DNA of 64,000 nt, from the sequence record OZ035757.1. One strand, given 5' to 3'. The DNA is from Felixounavirus LF82P9. Positions 9,455 to 19,810 of the stretch are shown piece by piece (position 1 is the first letter of the stretch; the number at the start of each line of letters is the position of its first letter). The notes under the pieces were generated by a model that searched no databases, was not told the origin of the DNA, and saw only the letters and a program-made list of their open reading frames with translations. The translations under genes were made by a program, and so were the position numbers.

Positions 9455-12180
9455 TGCACCTCATACCAGCTTTTACCAACCTTACCAGTACCTGTAACAA
9501 GTGTTTCTTTCTTAAGACCTAAGTTTTTAGAAGCTTGTCCATAATACCAGTCAGTAACTGCTTTCACCTCTGCTGTCATACTTTCTGGACATTCCCAGCT
9601 TGTTTCATCGTGATATGCGCAGAGCAAACGAGCACCAATAGCTGGTTGACGACCATTCAACTTCATCAAACCTTCGTCAATCATACGACGACAAGCAAGG
9701 TTGATTGCCTCATTTTGAATCTGAGCCTCTGAACCCATCAAAAGGTAGTTCAACAGTTTGTGTGGAGATTTACACCACAACCAAGCTCCAGCAACCTTTA
9801 CGAAGCCCCCTTTAGAGATTGCAGCGGTCTTACCAAACACCTCTTCAAGTGCCTTTTTAGTTGCTTTGTAGTCAGCTTCCAAGTTATCTAATAGTTTCTT
9901 AATCTTTGGCAAACGCACAAAGTAAGTCTGTTTAGTTAATGCGCCTTCCTGAGTAGTTGCAGCTTTAATCGTCTTAGCAAACTTCTCATCCCCTGCACCG
10001 AACAGTAGTGCATAGATACCATTCTTAGCTTTCTTACGACCTTTGCTAATCTCATGGAGAAGATTCTCATCCTGAGTAGCTCGACAAGTCAAGATATCCT
10101 GCTCATCGTTCAAGCTAAAGTAGATACTGTTCAGTGTATGTGCATCAGTCCCTGAATAAACAACGTACAGGTCATTCTCAGAGTCATAGCGAAGGTACTT
10201 ATCAATCTCTGGGTTGAGGTACTCATCAAAATGTTTACAGTAATAACGTCCATCTTCTTGACGAATAAACTCAATCTCTTCTTTACCTTGTGTTACCGCT
10301 TTGGTGAACTCTTTATCACCCATAAAGTTACAAAGTAGAACTAACTGGGCTGAGTTCATATCAACAGAGACTACGTTGGTTCCCTCTTCACAAATCCACA
10401 CTGCCCTCATTGGTTCTCCATAGACAGCAGCACCAGACGGTACGTTCACAATACCATACTGTGTCATACGTCCAGTTGAAGTACCAAACACCATTGCACC
10501 AGCACTAAGGCGACCATCAGGACGAATCTGGTTCAACCAACCTTTTTCATCATCCTTTGAGTTCTCAATAGTTCTGCGTCGGTGCATCAAAGTATAGTAC
10601 TTAGCAATCTTCTGTCCAAGCTCACCTTCAATCGTATCATAAGATGATTCAGTAAGTTTTGGTGAAGTACGGATTAAGCAAGGCTCAAGCAAATCTGTGT
10701 ACTTCTTCACAGACCAGTTATGCTCAATGTACTGAACACCTTCATGTTCAACATAACTTAAACCACAACGTTCTACCATCTCCTGCCACTTAGGATGTTT
10801 TGTAATCATCTTTTTATTGTCTTTGAAACGACAAACTTTGACAGGGCGGCCGTCTGAGTCTTTCTTGTAGTTCCAGTCATCTGGAATCCAACCAACTGAT
10901 TTCAAGTAGTCTTTAACAACTGCTACCTGAGTCATACGAGAAACTTCAAACTCAATTGGTGTATATGGTGCATCAATCAAACCTGTGTAGCGACTTGACT
11001 CAAGTTCAAAGTGGTTAACAACGTGGCTGTTATAGTACTTCACAGTTTTGACTGTTTTTACTGGCTTCCAGTCTTTGCATTTCTTACCAATCTTTGCATT
11101 CAACTCATTGCAAATTGCACGAGCATCCTTCATTGCTACAAAGCCTTCCTTGTACTCTTCCCCAGTTACAGAGTTGGTTGGTGTATAGCAATTCCTCTTT
11201 TCAATGTTAAAAATCTTTGTAGTTGGCTTACCAAATGGCTTGATTTCGTATGTCTGCATCTCACCGTTACGCACCTGTTGACGGTACTTCGTCTTAGGAT
11301 ACTTGGTAATTCTTTTCAGTCCATCTGCATGACCAAATGCTTCAACATACTCATTCCAAGCTTTTGCAAACTCTTCTCCAGTAACTTTACCTTTGGTCTT
11401 AATAGTTGGAGGTAGATGTGGTTCAACCTCTGAAGCAAGCTCATTAGTCAACTTGTCAAGTTCCTTTACATGGAACTCCATAAGCTCTTTATCAGCTTTC
11501 CAGCCATTGATAGCTTGTTGACTCATCCAAAAAGATGTTTCTTTAGCTCGCATGTAGGTTTCATAAGTATCTATGCCACACTTCTTAAGCTTGAGATATT
11601 CATTATCAAGTGCCCGTTTAGTTTTGGCGTTAATACGGATATCTTCTACAACACGAGTGAAGATTTCTGCATTCCACACACCCCAATGTTCAATCTCTGG
11701 TTTACGAACACCGACACGAGCACCCCATGCAGCCAAACCATGAGCACCTTTATAACCCTTTGGAGTTGGTCTATCCATCCACTGAACACGAGACTGGATA
11801 AGAGAATCCTGAAAGAAATTACTCCACGGTTTACACTTTGGATTATCAAAGTTCCATAAATCAGGTGCAATGTGATTGAAAACCCACCAGTCATAACCGA
11901 GACCGTTATGGATGCAAAGACGTTTTGCCTTTAACGCAAACTCAATACCTTCACGTAAGCCACCCTTAATGTACTTGGTATACTTGTGACCGAGGATAGG
12001 CTCATCTGTAAAGACCCATACAGGCGGCTCTTCATCGTCAGATTTATAGTCTGCGAAAGCCATTACGTGCACTTTAGTGAACTCAAGGAGTAAACCATCA
12101 GTTTCTGTATCACCAACTAAATGTAAGTTTTTAAAATCTACGTTTTCCATTTTTACTCCCTCTAAAATCATTAACCTCAT
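9451..12180 (-). CDS. DNA polymerase, family A (T7-like)
   Basis: 909 aa; DTETDG exonuclease motif, Pol I motifs (VDMNSAQL, YALLFGAGDEK, AYHDETSWE) alignable to T7 gp5. Confidence 0.9.
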   Translation of the reverse strand: MRLMILEGVKMENVDFKNLHLVGDTETDGLLLEFTKVHVMAFADYKSDDEEPPVWVFTDEPILGHKYTKYIKGGLREGIEFALKAKRLCIHNGLGYDWWVFNHIAPDLWNFDNPKCKPWSNFFQDSLIQSRVQWMDRPTPKGYKGAHGLAAWGARVGVRKPEIEHWGVWNAEIFTRVVEDIRINAKTKRALDNEYLKLKKCGIDTYETYMRAKETSFWMSQQAINGWKADKELMEFHVKELDKLTNELASEVEPHLPPTIKTKGKVTGEEFAKAWNEYVEAFGHADGLKRITKYPKTKYRQQVRNGEMQTYEIKPFGKPTTKIFNIEKRNCYTPTNSVTGEEYKEGFVAMKDARAICNELNAKIGKKCKDWKPVKTVKTVKYYNSHVVNHFELESSRYTGLIDAPYTPIEFEVSRMTQVAVVKDYLKSVGWIPDDWNYKKDSDGRPVKVCRFKDNKKMITKHPKWQEMVERCGLSYVEHEGVQYIEHNWSVKKYTDLLEPCLIRTSPKLTESSYDTIEGELGQKIAKYYTLMHRRRTIENSKDDEKGWLNQIRPDGRLSAGAMVFGTSTGRMTQYGIVNVPSGAAVYGEPMRAVWICEEGTNVVSVDMNSAQLVLLCNFMGDKEFTKAVTQGKEEIEFIRQEDGRYYCKHFDEYLNPEIDKYLRYDSENDLYVVYSGTDAHTLNSIYFSLNDEQDILTCRATQDENLLHEISKGRKKAKNGIYALLFGAGDEKFAKTIKAATTQEGALTKQTYFVRLPKIKKLLDNLEADYKATKKALEEVFGKTAAISKGGFVKVAGAWLWCKSPHKLLNYLLMGSEAQIQNEAINLACRRMIDEGLMKLNGRQPAIGARLLCAYHDETSWECPESMTAEVKAVTDWYYGQASKNLGLKKETLVTGTGKVGKSWYEVH

Positions 12181-12210
12181 ACATTACTGCAAAAAATTAT
12201 AAAAAGCAAG

Positions 12211-12240
12211 TTGACAATGCACTTGACAAGGTGTTAATCT
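12211..12240 (+). promoter_or_regulatory. sigma70-like early promoter (tandem TTGACA boxes)
   Basis: gTTGACAatgcacTTGACAAGGTG then TGtTAATCT; same 29-nt module at 56156; in divergent intergenic region. Confidence 0.4.
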
Positions 12241-12407
12241 TTGCGAAGTGGGTTTTTACTTAAAAGGTTACTTAACAGTTTAACTATACAGATACTTTAA
12301 AACTCTTAAAAGATTATTTAATAGCTTTTAAAAAGCTTTAAAGTATAACGTATAGAATACGTTAAGATAAAAGATTAAAACTTAATAGTTACTTAAAAGA
12401 GGCTTAC

Positions 12408-12830
12408 ATGCAGAAAATGTTTGTTCACCCAGACATAGCTGACTTTGTTAGAGCTTTGCAGAAGTTGGAAGAACTTGACATTGCTGCTCAACGGGAATAT
12501 GCTCACCATCACAGGAGAATGGTTGATATACAACATGAAATAGAGTTGTCTGAAGACTATGAAGATGACTTAAAATGCTCTGTATTTGAGCATATGAAAG
12601 ATGTTGCTACAGCGAGACGTAAAGCTAAAGACACAGTTGCTTTACTAGATTCTCTTAAAAAGAGGTTGCAAAGTGGTACAGACCTGTGTAATCTAGCATC
12701 ACTGATTAACGATGTTGAAACTTCTTGGGATAGGCACTATTATCCACGTTCTGAAAAGACACTTGACTTTTCTTCATCCGAAAACTTAAAATGTTCTAGA
12801 AAGAAACTTAACCAACTGAGAGAGAAATAA
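12408..12830 (+). CDS. hypothetical protein
   Basis: ORF track; first gene of plus-strand block. Confidence 0.5.
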   Translation: MQKMFVHPDIADFVRALQKLEELDIAAQREYAHHHRRMVDIQHEIELSEDYEDDLKCSVFEHMKDVATARRKAKDTVALLDSLKKRLQSGTDLCNLASLINDVETSWDRHYYPRSEKTLDFSSSENLKCSRKKLNQLREK

Positions 12831-12831
12831 T

Positions 12832-13644
12832 ATGAATATCAATGTAGAACAAATGCTTGAAGAAAAAGGTATTGACGAAGCATTCTTAATCAATGCCGTA
12901 GAAAGCATGGCTATGATTCTTCGTGGAAACAACTATACAGAACAGTTTATGCCTGCAAGCTATAACCTGCCTAAAGACAAGTCTGATAACGGTGCTTTTG
13001 CAGAACAGGTTAATATGATGCTGTGTGACAAAACACTTGCTTTAGCATCTATTGTTGTAGGTGTTGATGCTCTTGCAGAGTTCATTTTTTATGAGATGCA
13101 GAAAAATGACTATATTGCCATGACCTCTGAAGAAAAAGACTCGCTACTGCTCTTAGGTTATGATGAGCTAGTTAACCTGTTAATTTCGTCAACGAGTGCT
13201 GTTATGGCTGCTCTTGAGAAGCGAATGGAAGAGAAGCTGTCACGATATGAAAAGCTTGATTGGGGTGTAGAAGAGTTAAACCCACGAATCAAAGAGATTA
13301 TCCAGCAAACCAAAGATTCTTTGGAAGAAGCTGTGAAAAATGATTCTGTAGCTGACATAGAGCCACTTCAGGTGAAAGTTGCATTGATGATTCCAGCCAT
13401 CTCCACGATGATGAATATCGTTGCACTAATCCAGCTTTCACAGATGATGGGCACAAGCATTGAGTTCATTGAGAGTATGACTGGTGGTGTGAGTATGCAA
13501 GCAATCAATGATGTTCTGGTGAGCATTGGTGCTTCAATCATTGAAGAGAAGCTGCGCATTAACTTTGGTGATGATTTTGTGAAGCAAATCTCAGCTATGG
13601 CTGAAAAAGAGTATTCACAGACTAATACTGACCAACTGCACTAA
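12832..13644 (+). CDS. hypothetical protein
   Basis: ORF track; 270 aa; no recognisable motif. Confidence 0.5.
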   Translation: MNINVEQMLEEKGIDEAFLINAVESMAMILRGNNYTEQFMPASYNLPKDKSDNGAFAEQVNMMLCDKTLALASIVVGVDALAEFIFYEMQKNDYIAMTSEEKDSLLLLGYDELVNLLISSTSAVMAALEKRMEEKLSRYEKLDWGVEELNPRIKEIIQQTKDSLEEAVKNDSVADIEPLQVKVALMIPAISTMMNIVALIQLSQMMGTSIEFIESMTGGVSMQAINDVLVSIGASIIEEKLRINFGDDFVKQISAMAEKEYSQTNTDQLH

Positions 13645-13662
13645 GTCTTTATAAACCTTACA

Positions 13663-13686
13663 AGCCTCCTTAGTTGGGGGCTTTTT
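13663..13686 (+). terminator. rho-independent terminator
   Basis: Stem agcctcc/gggggct then TTTTT. Confidence 0.5.
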
Positions 13687-13705
13687 AGTAATTAAGGGAG
13701 ATAGA

Positions 13706-14449
13706 ATGAGTAATATTATCGCATTTACTGGAAAGGCACGTTCTGGAAAAGACACCTCATGTTCTATTGTTAAGAATATCCTAGAAGATGAGTATGGCTA
13801 CAATGTTGCAGTAATGGCCTATGCAGACAACCTTAAACTCTCTGCATCAAGGATATTTGACTTGACTTGGAATGACCTGTACGGTGAAACTAAAGAGACT
13901 CCACAGGTTTTTGATTTATCATACTCTGAACTGATGTTCAAGGTCACAGAAGCTATGGAGTTTACCTTCAGAGGCGAACGTTATCATACGGACTTCAAAC
14001 TCATGTCAGAGTTAACCGGACGATTAATTATGGAACTAAAGAAGGTTGCTAAACCGACTCTATTAACACGTCTGGGATTTAGTAAAAAGTATAAATTTTC
14101 ATCAAGACAGATTCAACAGATTTGGGGTACTGAAGTTATCCGTAAAGTTATGGGTGACAAATTCTGGGCTAAAGACCTCGAAAAACGAATGGTAAATTTC
14201 TTTGACGTTTGCTCACTTAAGAATCAGGACGGTGTTGTTTTAATCAGTGACTTAAGGTTTGACTCTGAAGCTGAGTGGCTGAGCAGATTTGCACACCAAA
14301 CTATTGAAGTAAAAAGAGACAATGTGGATAAGGTTTCGTCACATGTTTCAGAAAATGGGATTTCTACCAAATATGCGCGTGACATTATTCATAATAATGG
14401 TACTCTTGCAGACCTTGAAAGCAAGTTAAGAGCCATCATTAAAGTTTAA
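13706..14449 (+). CDS. deoxynucleoside monophosphate kinase (T4 gp1-like)
   Basis: N-terminal IIAFTGKARSGKDT P-loop resembles T4 dNMP kinase. Confidence 0.65.
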   Translation: MSNIIAFTGKARSGKDTSCSIVKNILEDEYGYNVAVMAYADNLKLSASRIFDLTWNDLYGETKETPQVFDLSYSELMFKVTEAMEFTFRGERYHTDFKLMSELTGRLIMELKKVAKPTLLTRLGFSKKYKFSSRQIQQIWGTEVIRKVMGDKFWAKDLEKRMVNFFDVCSLKNQDGVVLISDLRFDSEAEWLSRFAHQTIEVKRDNVDKVSSHVSENGISTKYARDIIHNNGTLADLESKLRAIIKV

Positions 14450-14457
14450 AAGAGAGA

Positions 14458-14658
14458 ATGAAGATGAGAGTAAAAGACAATTTTAAAGTTATTGACCACC
14501 GTTTAGTGGAACTCTCATCTCTTTCCAATGAGGTAATGATTGAACGTCTTAAGAGAGTTGAATCACGAAGGAAAGAGATTGCAGATGAAATTCATGAACT
14601 GGACAAGATTGAAAAGGGATTGAAGGAAGAACTACAACGAAGAGGTGCTAATGTCTAA
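14458..14658 (+). CDS. hypothetical coiled-coil protein
   Basis: ORF track; charged heptad-like sequence. Confidence 0.4.
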   Translation: MKMRVKDNFKVIDHRLVELSSLSNEVMIERLKRVESRRKEIADEIHELDKIEKGLKEELQRRGANV

Positions 14659-16636
14659 AGGTCGTAAATTGAAAGAGGCTGGTCAGTTTGTTGGTCATTG
14701 CGCATGTCCACGTTGTGGTTCATCAGATGCTGGTTCAATCTATCATCATGACGATGGTTCTTATTCAATGACTTGCTTTAGTTGTAACAAAGGTTTCCCA
14801 GAGTGGGATTTTGATAAAGGACAAATCGTGAGCACTTATTCTACTGGTTCAGACAATAAAAACCGTACTTTCCGTGGAATGGATTTAGACGATGTGAAAG
14901 AAAACCTTGAAGCGATGGACTTGAAAGACAGGAAGATTCCTGCAAAAGTTCTTGAGCGTTTGGGTATCAAGGTTGACATTGACAGCGATGGTGAAATTGA
15001 CGCGCATTTCTACCCAACTTACAAACGCAATGAAGATGGCAAGCTAGAGCATGTTGGATACCGTGTTCGTCACCGTTACCCAGAAGACCATCCAAAAGAG
15101 CACCTACGAGGTAAGTTAAAAGACTTTTCTGGTGGTGTTGGAGACATTAAAGGTGAACTGGCAATGTTCGGTTCATGGATTGCTCCAGAAGGTGGTAACC
15201 GTCTATTCATCTGGGAAGGTGAGATGGAATGTGCGACAGCAATCTATATGACTTCTCTTGCGATTAAGGACAAATCTCGTCGTAAGAATTACTGTCACGT
15301 ATCTGTTCCATCAGGTGCAAACATCAAGTCTATCAAGGATAACTATCAGTACATTACATCATTTGATGAGATTTACTTGTGCTTTGATAACGATGAAGCA
15401 GGTGCTAAAGCCACTAAAGAGGCTGCTGGTATCCTACCTATTGAGAAGGTTCGTTTATTCCAGTATCCAGAAGGTGTAAAAGACCTTAACGAATGGTGGA
15501 CAAAGTTCTATAAAGAAAAAGATACAGTTCTGGAAGGATTTAAGCAGCGTATCTACAATGCACCCCGTTACTGCCCTGCTGGTATCAAGAACTTCGCAGA
15601 TGGTTTTGAGGCAATGAAGAATCGTGGTCAGATTCCATTGATTCCTTTCCCAGAATCTTTCGGAGATTTGAACAGGCTGACTTATGGTGGTTACGGTTTA
15701 GGTGAGATTACAACTATTGCAGCACCATCTTCAGTAGGTAAGTCAGCTTACACTCGTGAGATGATTTACTCAGCTTGGAAAGAAACTGATTATAATATCG
15801 GTGTAATTCCTGTAGAAGATACCTATGAAGAGTTGATGGAGATGCTCTGTGCAATCCACCTGAGCAAGCAGATTTCTGAGATTCCTTATGACGAACGTGA
15901 TTGGGATGAATTGAAGAAGGCACACGCAGAACTGTCTAAAGGTCGTCGTATCCACATCGTTGACCATCAAGGGGCAATTGACCAAGATAACTTGCTGGAG
16001 TTTGTTGACTATCTTGTTAACAGCTTAGACTGTAAGATTATTATTCTTGACCCTATTACGTTGGCTCTGTCACGTTCAGATACGGATGAAGAGGAAGTTT
16101 TATCTGAGCTATTGCGTCGTTGCAAACGCTACCAGTATGCACAGGTGAACGTCTGTCACGTTCGTAAGAGTGCAGGTGGTCAGAAGGCTAACTCCGAAGG
16201 TGGAGATATCTCTGAAGAGGATATTAAAGGTTCTGGTGCGTATTTCCAGATTTCTATGAACAACATTCTGTTAATGCGTAACAAGGTTGACCCAGACCCT
16301 GTTAAGAAAAACTTGACAAAAATCAAGTTAACTAAATGCCGTCGTCACGGTAAGTCAACAGGTATTGCTGGTCATACTTGGTACAATCCAGATACAGGAC
16401 GTCTCATTAAAGCCTCTGGTTGTGGAGTTGACATTGATGGTGCAGCAGAAAATATTCGCCAACAGTTTGGTATTGGTGAAGCTGAAGACCATTACGATGA
16501 CTCTTTGCCACATTATGAGGATGAAGTGTTTGACCGTGAGACTGGTGAAGTCTATACTGAAGAGCAGCGTCAAAGCTCAACGATTCCACCTGTATTAAGT
16601 GAGGATGCAGATGACTGCCCGTTCGAAACTGAGTGA
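14645..16636 (+). CDS. DNA primase-helicase
   Basis: N-terminal Cys4 zinc-binding (CPRCG ... CFSCN) plus central Walker A (APSSVGKS), DnaB/gp4-like. Confidence 0.8.
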   Translation: MLMSKGRKLKEAGQFVGHCACPRCGSSDAGSIYHHDDGSYSMTCFSCNKGFPEWDFDKGQIVSTYSTGSDNKNRTFRGMDLDDVKENLEAMDLKDRKIPAKVLERLGIKVDIDSDGEIDAHFYPTYKRNEDGKLEHVGYRVRHRYPEDHPKEHLRGKLKDFSGGVGDIKGELAMFGSWIAPEGGNRLFIWEGEMECATAIYMTSLAIKDKSRRKNYCHVSVPSGANIKSIKDNYQYITSFDEIYLCFDNDEAGAKATKEAAGILPIEKVRLFQYPEGVKDLNEWWTKFYKEKDTVLEGFKQRIYNAPRYCPAGIKNFADGFEAMKNRGQIPLIPFPESFGDLNRLTYGGYGLGEITTIAAPSSVGKSAYTREMIYSAWKETDYNIGVIPVEDTYEELMEMLCAIHLSKQISEIPYDERDWDELKKAHAELSKGRRIHIVDHQGAIDQDNLLEFVDYLVNSLDCKIIILDPITLALSRSDTDEEEVLSELLRRCKRYQYAQVNVCHVRKSAGGQKANSEGGDISEEDIKGSGAYFQISMNNILLMRNKVDPDPVKKNLTKIKLTKCRRHGKSTGIAGHTWYNPDTGRLIKASGCGVDIDGAAENIRQQFGIGEAEDHYDDSLPHYEDEVFDRETGEVYTEEQRQSSTIPPVLSEDADDCPFETE

Positions 16637-16892
16637 TAGCTATAAAAGAGAGGGGTTCACACCCTTCTTTGAAGAAAAAAGTTTAAATAAATTTCATGAA
16701 GAGTGTTTGACAAAGATTGATAGGTTCTATAGAATGCTCCACATGAAATGCGATGGAGAAGTTGAAATAGAACAACAGTTCCATCAAAGTATGATTACAG
16801 TCATCATTACACTGCCTCAGCATAATATTGGTTGGCTGTTTATAATGAAAGAAAATGTGTTTGAATATCAAGTATATCGGAGAATATCATGA
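16599..16892 (+). CDS. hypothetical protein
   Basis: ORF track; overlaps helicase 3' end. Confidence 0.3.
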   Translation: MRMQMTARSKLSDSYKREGFTPFFEEKSLNKFHEECLTKIDRFYRMLHMKCDGEVEIEQQFHQSMITVIITLPQHNIGWLFIMKENVFEYQVYRRIS

Positions 16893-17038
16893 AACACTCT
16901 AAAGCATTTGAAAAAGTTTTTGGGGATTCCTTAAAAGCCACTGCTGGAAAACCAGCAAAATACTATGAAGAAAAACGTGTAAGAACTGGAAAAACTGCAC
17001 GTAAAGCAGCTTCTAAAGATAAGCACAACTTCCAGTAA
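16889..17038 (+). CDS. small basic protein (49 aa)
   Basis: ATGA start/stop overlap with upstream ORF; below ORF-track size cut-off. Confidence 0.3.
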   Translation: MKHSKAFEKVFGDSLKATAGKPAKYYEEKRVRTGKTARKAASKDKHNFQ

Positions 17039-17110
17039 TTAGTATTTGACAATAGAGTATCAACAAATTAGAATTGGTACTCTTCATAAATTGAGATAGA
17101 GGTTTAAATA

Positions 17111-17968
17111 ATGTCTAAAGTTGTTAAAATGAAAGCTCCGGTAGAGAAGTACAACGGTACTGAACGTCAAACTCTGCGTTACCTGCTGAAAGATGTCTGG
17201 TTTTATTACCTGAACACTTCACCACGTCCGGGTAAAGGTAAATCTATTGACAAGAAATTCCCAGGAAAAGATTGTAACTACAGCGTATCAATTCTGGCAG
17301 AAGACGGTAACAAACTCTTTAAAGAGTTTACTAAGTCTAAGAAGAACCCAGAGGGTTGGGATAAAGTTACTACTGAAGCAGTTGATGCAGATGACTTCGA
17401 AGAGAAGTTTGGCTGCAAACCACCATTTGAAGCAGACACTTACTACATCTTGAAAGTAAGTCGTGCAGCAGCTTATAAAGATGGTGCTGTATGGACAGCT
17501 AAACAGTCATTCCCTGTAATGCTGATTGAAGAAGTGAATGGTAAGCGTGTAGCTGTTAAGCAGCCGATGAAGAAAATCAAAGCTCAAGCATCTGATAAAC
17601 ATGAAGATGACAAGAACTATGATGTAATTCATCCAGATATCGCAGTTGGTAACGGTTCTTTTGGTAGTGTGATTCTTTCTACTCACTTCTACACTTTTGA
17701 GAACAATGTTCTGACAAAACCTATTCAGGAACAGTTTATCATCGATACCCTTGTACCTTACACTGGTGGTAACGGTGCTAATGGTGAACCTGAACTGGAT
17801 GAAGATGAACTGGCTATGCTTGGTCTTGATGGTGTCGAAGATAACGGTGAAATCACTGAAGAAGACGCAACAGACCATAAATCTTCGAATGATTCTGATG
17901 ATGGTGATGATGAAGATTTGCCAGACCCAGATGACGAAGAAGATGAAGACTTCGATACAGAAGACTAA
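17111..17968 (+). CDS. single-stranded DNA-binding protein-like
   Basis: Highly acidic C-terminal tail (DDEDLPDPDDEEDEDFDTED) typical of phage SSBs; sits among replication genes. Confidence 0.5.
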   Translation: MSKVVKMKAPVEKYNGTERQTLRYLLKDVWFYYLNTSPRPGKGKSIDKKFPGKDCNYSVSILAEDGNKLFKEFTKSKKNPEGWDKVTTEAVDADDFEEKFGCKPPFEADTYYILKVSRAAAYKDGAVWTAKQSFPVMLIEEVNGKRVAVKQPMKKIKAQASDKHEDDKNYDVIHPDIAVGNGSFGSVILSTHFYTFENNVLTKPIQEQFIIDTLVPYTGGNGANGEPELDEDELAMLGLDGVEDNGEITEEDATDHKSSNDSDDGDDEDLPDPDDEEDEDFDTED

Positions 17969-17986
17969 TCTCTAAAAGTTACTTTA

Positions 17987-18014
17987 AAGCCCTGTACTTA
18001 GTATGGGGCTTTTT
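17987..18014 (+). terminator. rho-independent terminator
   Basis: Stem aagccc/gggctt then TTTTT. Confidence 0.5.
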
Positions 18015-18030
18015 CATATGGAGAGCCATA

Positions 18031-19071
18031 ATGGAGAAGTACACATTAACAAAACTTCCCGATTCAGTTACACATGTTTTTATTGACTCTGACAGCATTG
18101 CCTATAAAGGTGCTTGTGTAGTTGAGAAAGCAAAATATAAATACGTCAATAAACTCACAACAGAAGAATCTGAACCATTTGACAATGCGAAAGATGCTGC
18201 AAGATGGTTAGCAGACCAGAGAATCCTTGTGGAAGAACTTGGCCTGACATTTGATGAAGATGAATGGGAAAGACAGACTTGGAAAGAAGCTAAGAGTGAA
18301 AAAGAAGCTATCATGGCTACTCAACAGGTGCTTCAGGAATGGCTTAAGATTGTTGGTAAAGAAAGAACTTGGGTAGGTTATTTAACAGAGAAAGGTGTGC
18401 ATAAACATAAAGACATTAAAGGTCTTGAGCACCAATATCAAGGTAACCGTAAAGATGCTGTCACACCAACACACTTAGTCGCTTGTCGTGAATACCTTCT
18501 GTCAAGACCAGAGTTCAAACTCTTAAAGGGAGGATTCGAAGCCGATTCAATCGTAATTGCTAAAGCTGAAAAGATGGGTAAGAAAGCTGCTCTTATGAGT
18601 ATTGACAAAGACCTTCGACAAGCTGAAGGAACTTATTGTATTGATATGACTTATGAAAAATCACCACTAATTTTTATTGCTGATAATAATGTTGGTGATA
18701 TCTGGGATTGTCCTATCAAATCAAAACCAAAAGCTGCAAAAACAGTTGGTGTAGGTTTTAAATTCTTGTGTTATCAGGCTGTTGCTGGAGACAATGCAGA
18801 CAACTACTTCGGCCTAAAAGGGGCTGGTAAAGTAGCTGTGATGAATGCTTTAGATGGTAAAGAGACCTACAAAGAGTGTCTTGATGCTATCTATGAACTT
18901 TATGCTAAAAAAGACTCTTATACCTATGTGTCATGGGATGGACAGACTATTACCAAAACACCATTAGAGTTAATGGAACAGCATTTCTGGATAGCGTATC
19001 AAGAGAGAAATCCAAAAGATAATTTCTCTTTTAAGAAATATAATTGGGAGCCGTGTATGAATGAAGATTAA
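18031..19071 (+). CDS. 5'-3' exonuclease / RNase H (FEN family)
   Basis: VFIDSDSIAYKG and GDNADNYFGLKGAG resemble T4 RNase H motifs. Confidence 0.75.
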   Translation: MEKYTLTKLPDSVTHVFIDSDSIAYKGACVVEKAKYKYVNKLTTEESEPFDNAKDAARWLADQRILVEELGLTFDEDEWERQTWKEAKSEKEAIMATQQVLQEWLKIVGKERTWVGYLTEKGVHKHKDIKGLEHQYQGNRKDAVTPTHLVACREYLLSRPEFKLLKGGFEADSIVIAKAEKMGKKAALMSIDKDLRQAEGTYCIDMTYEKSPLIFIADNNVGDIWDCPIKSKPKAAKTVGVGFKFLCYQAVAGDNADNYFGLKGAGKVAVMNALDGKETYKECLDAIYELYAKKDSYTYVSWDGQTITKTPLELMEQHFWIAYQERNPKDNFSFKKYNWEPCMNED

Positions 19072-19558
19072 AGGATTTGGCAATTGCCCTACCTATGGTC
19101 ATTGGGTATCTTTATGTGGGGAAGTTGACCCCACTAAACATTTCGGCTTTGTCTATTTAGTACACTGTAAGAAGACTGGACAATATTATATTGGAAAGAA
19201 ACAGCTTAACAGTGTGACCAAAAGAAAAGTTGCTGGGAAGACTCGGAAGAAGGTAGTCACTAAGGAAAGTGATTGGATGACTTACGAAACCTCTTCTGAG
19301 TATATTAAAAAAGATATTGAGAGCTTTGGAAAAGAATTTTTTGACTTTTACATTATCCAAACCTACTACACAAAAGGTGGCCTAGTCTATGGTGAAGCAA
19401 ACCTTCAACATAAATTCGATGTAATGACAAAAAGGATTGACTCGAAGCTCAGACTCTTCTACAATGCCAATATTGCAGCAATTAAGTTTATTACTAAAGA
19501 AACTTATGAAGATGCTGAAAAAAGAATCCATAAGGTAATGAAAGCAAATTGTGCTTGA
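19061..19558 (+). CDS. GIY-YIG homing endonuclease
   Basis: FGFVYLVHCKKTGQYYIGKK matches GIY-x10-YIG. Confidence 0.65.
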   Translation: MKIKGFGNCPTYGHWVSLCGEVDPTKHFGFVYLVHCKKTGQYYIGKKQLNSVTKRKVAGKTRKKVVTKESDWMTYETSSEYIKKDIESFGKEFFDFYIIQTYYTKGGLVYGEANLQHKFDVMTKRIDSKLRLFYNANIAAIKFITKETYEDAEKRIHKVMKANCA

Positions 19559-19564
19559 TAACTA

Positions 19565-19810
19565 TTGAGAGAGAATAAAATGTTTAACAAAAGTAAAGCT
19601 GTGAGTCATGTAGCAAAAGTTGACAGTAAGATTGAAGAACTTGAGCGCATTCTTGCAAATGCTAGAGAGTCAATAATTAAAGAAGTTGAAGCTGTTGAAT
19701 CACAAATGCAGCATCTAATGCTTAAACGCCAAGAGCTACGTGAGCATCTGGAATATATTGAAACACGAGAGCTAAAGGTTAACAGATTTTTAAGGAGTCC
19801 AAATGTTTAA
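19565..19810 (+). CDS. hypothetical coiled-coil protein
   Basis: ORF track. Confidence 0.4.
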   Translation: MRENKMFNKSKAVSHVAKVDSKIEELERILANARESIIKEVEAVESQMQHLMLKRQELREHLEYIETRELKVNRFLRSPNV

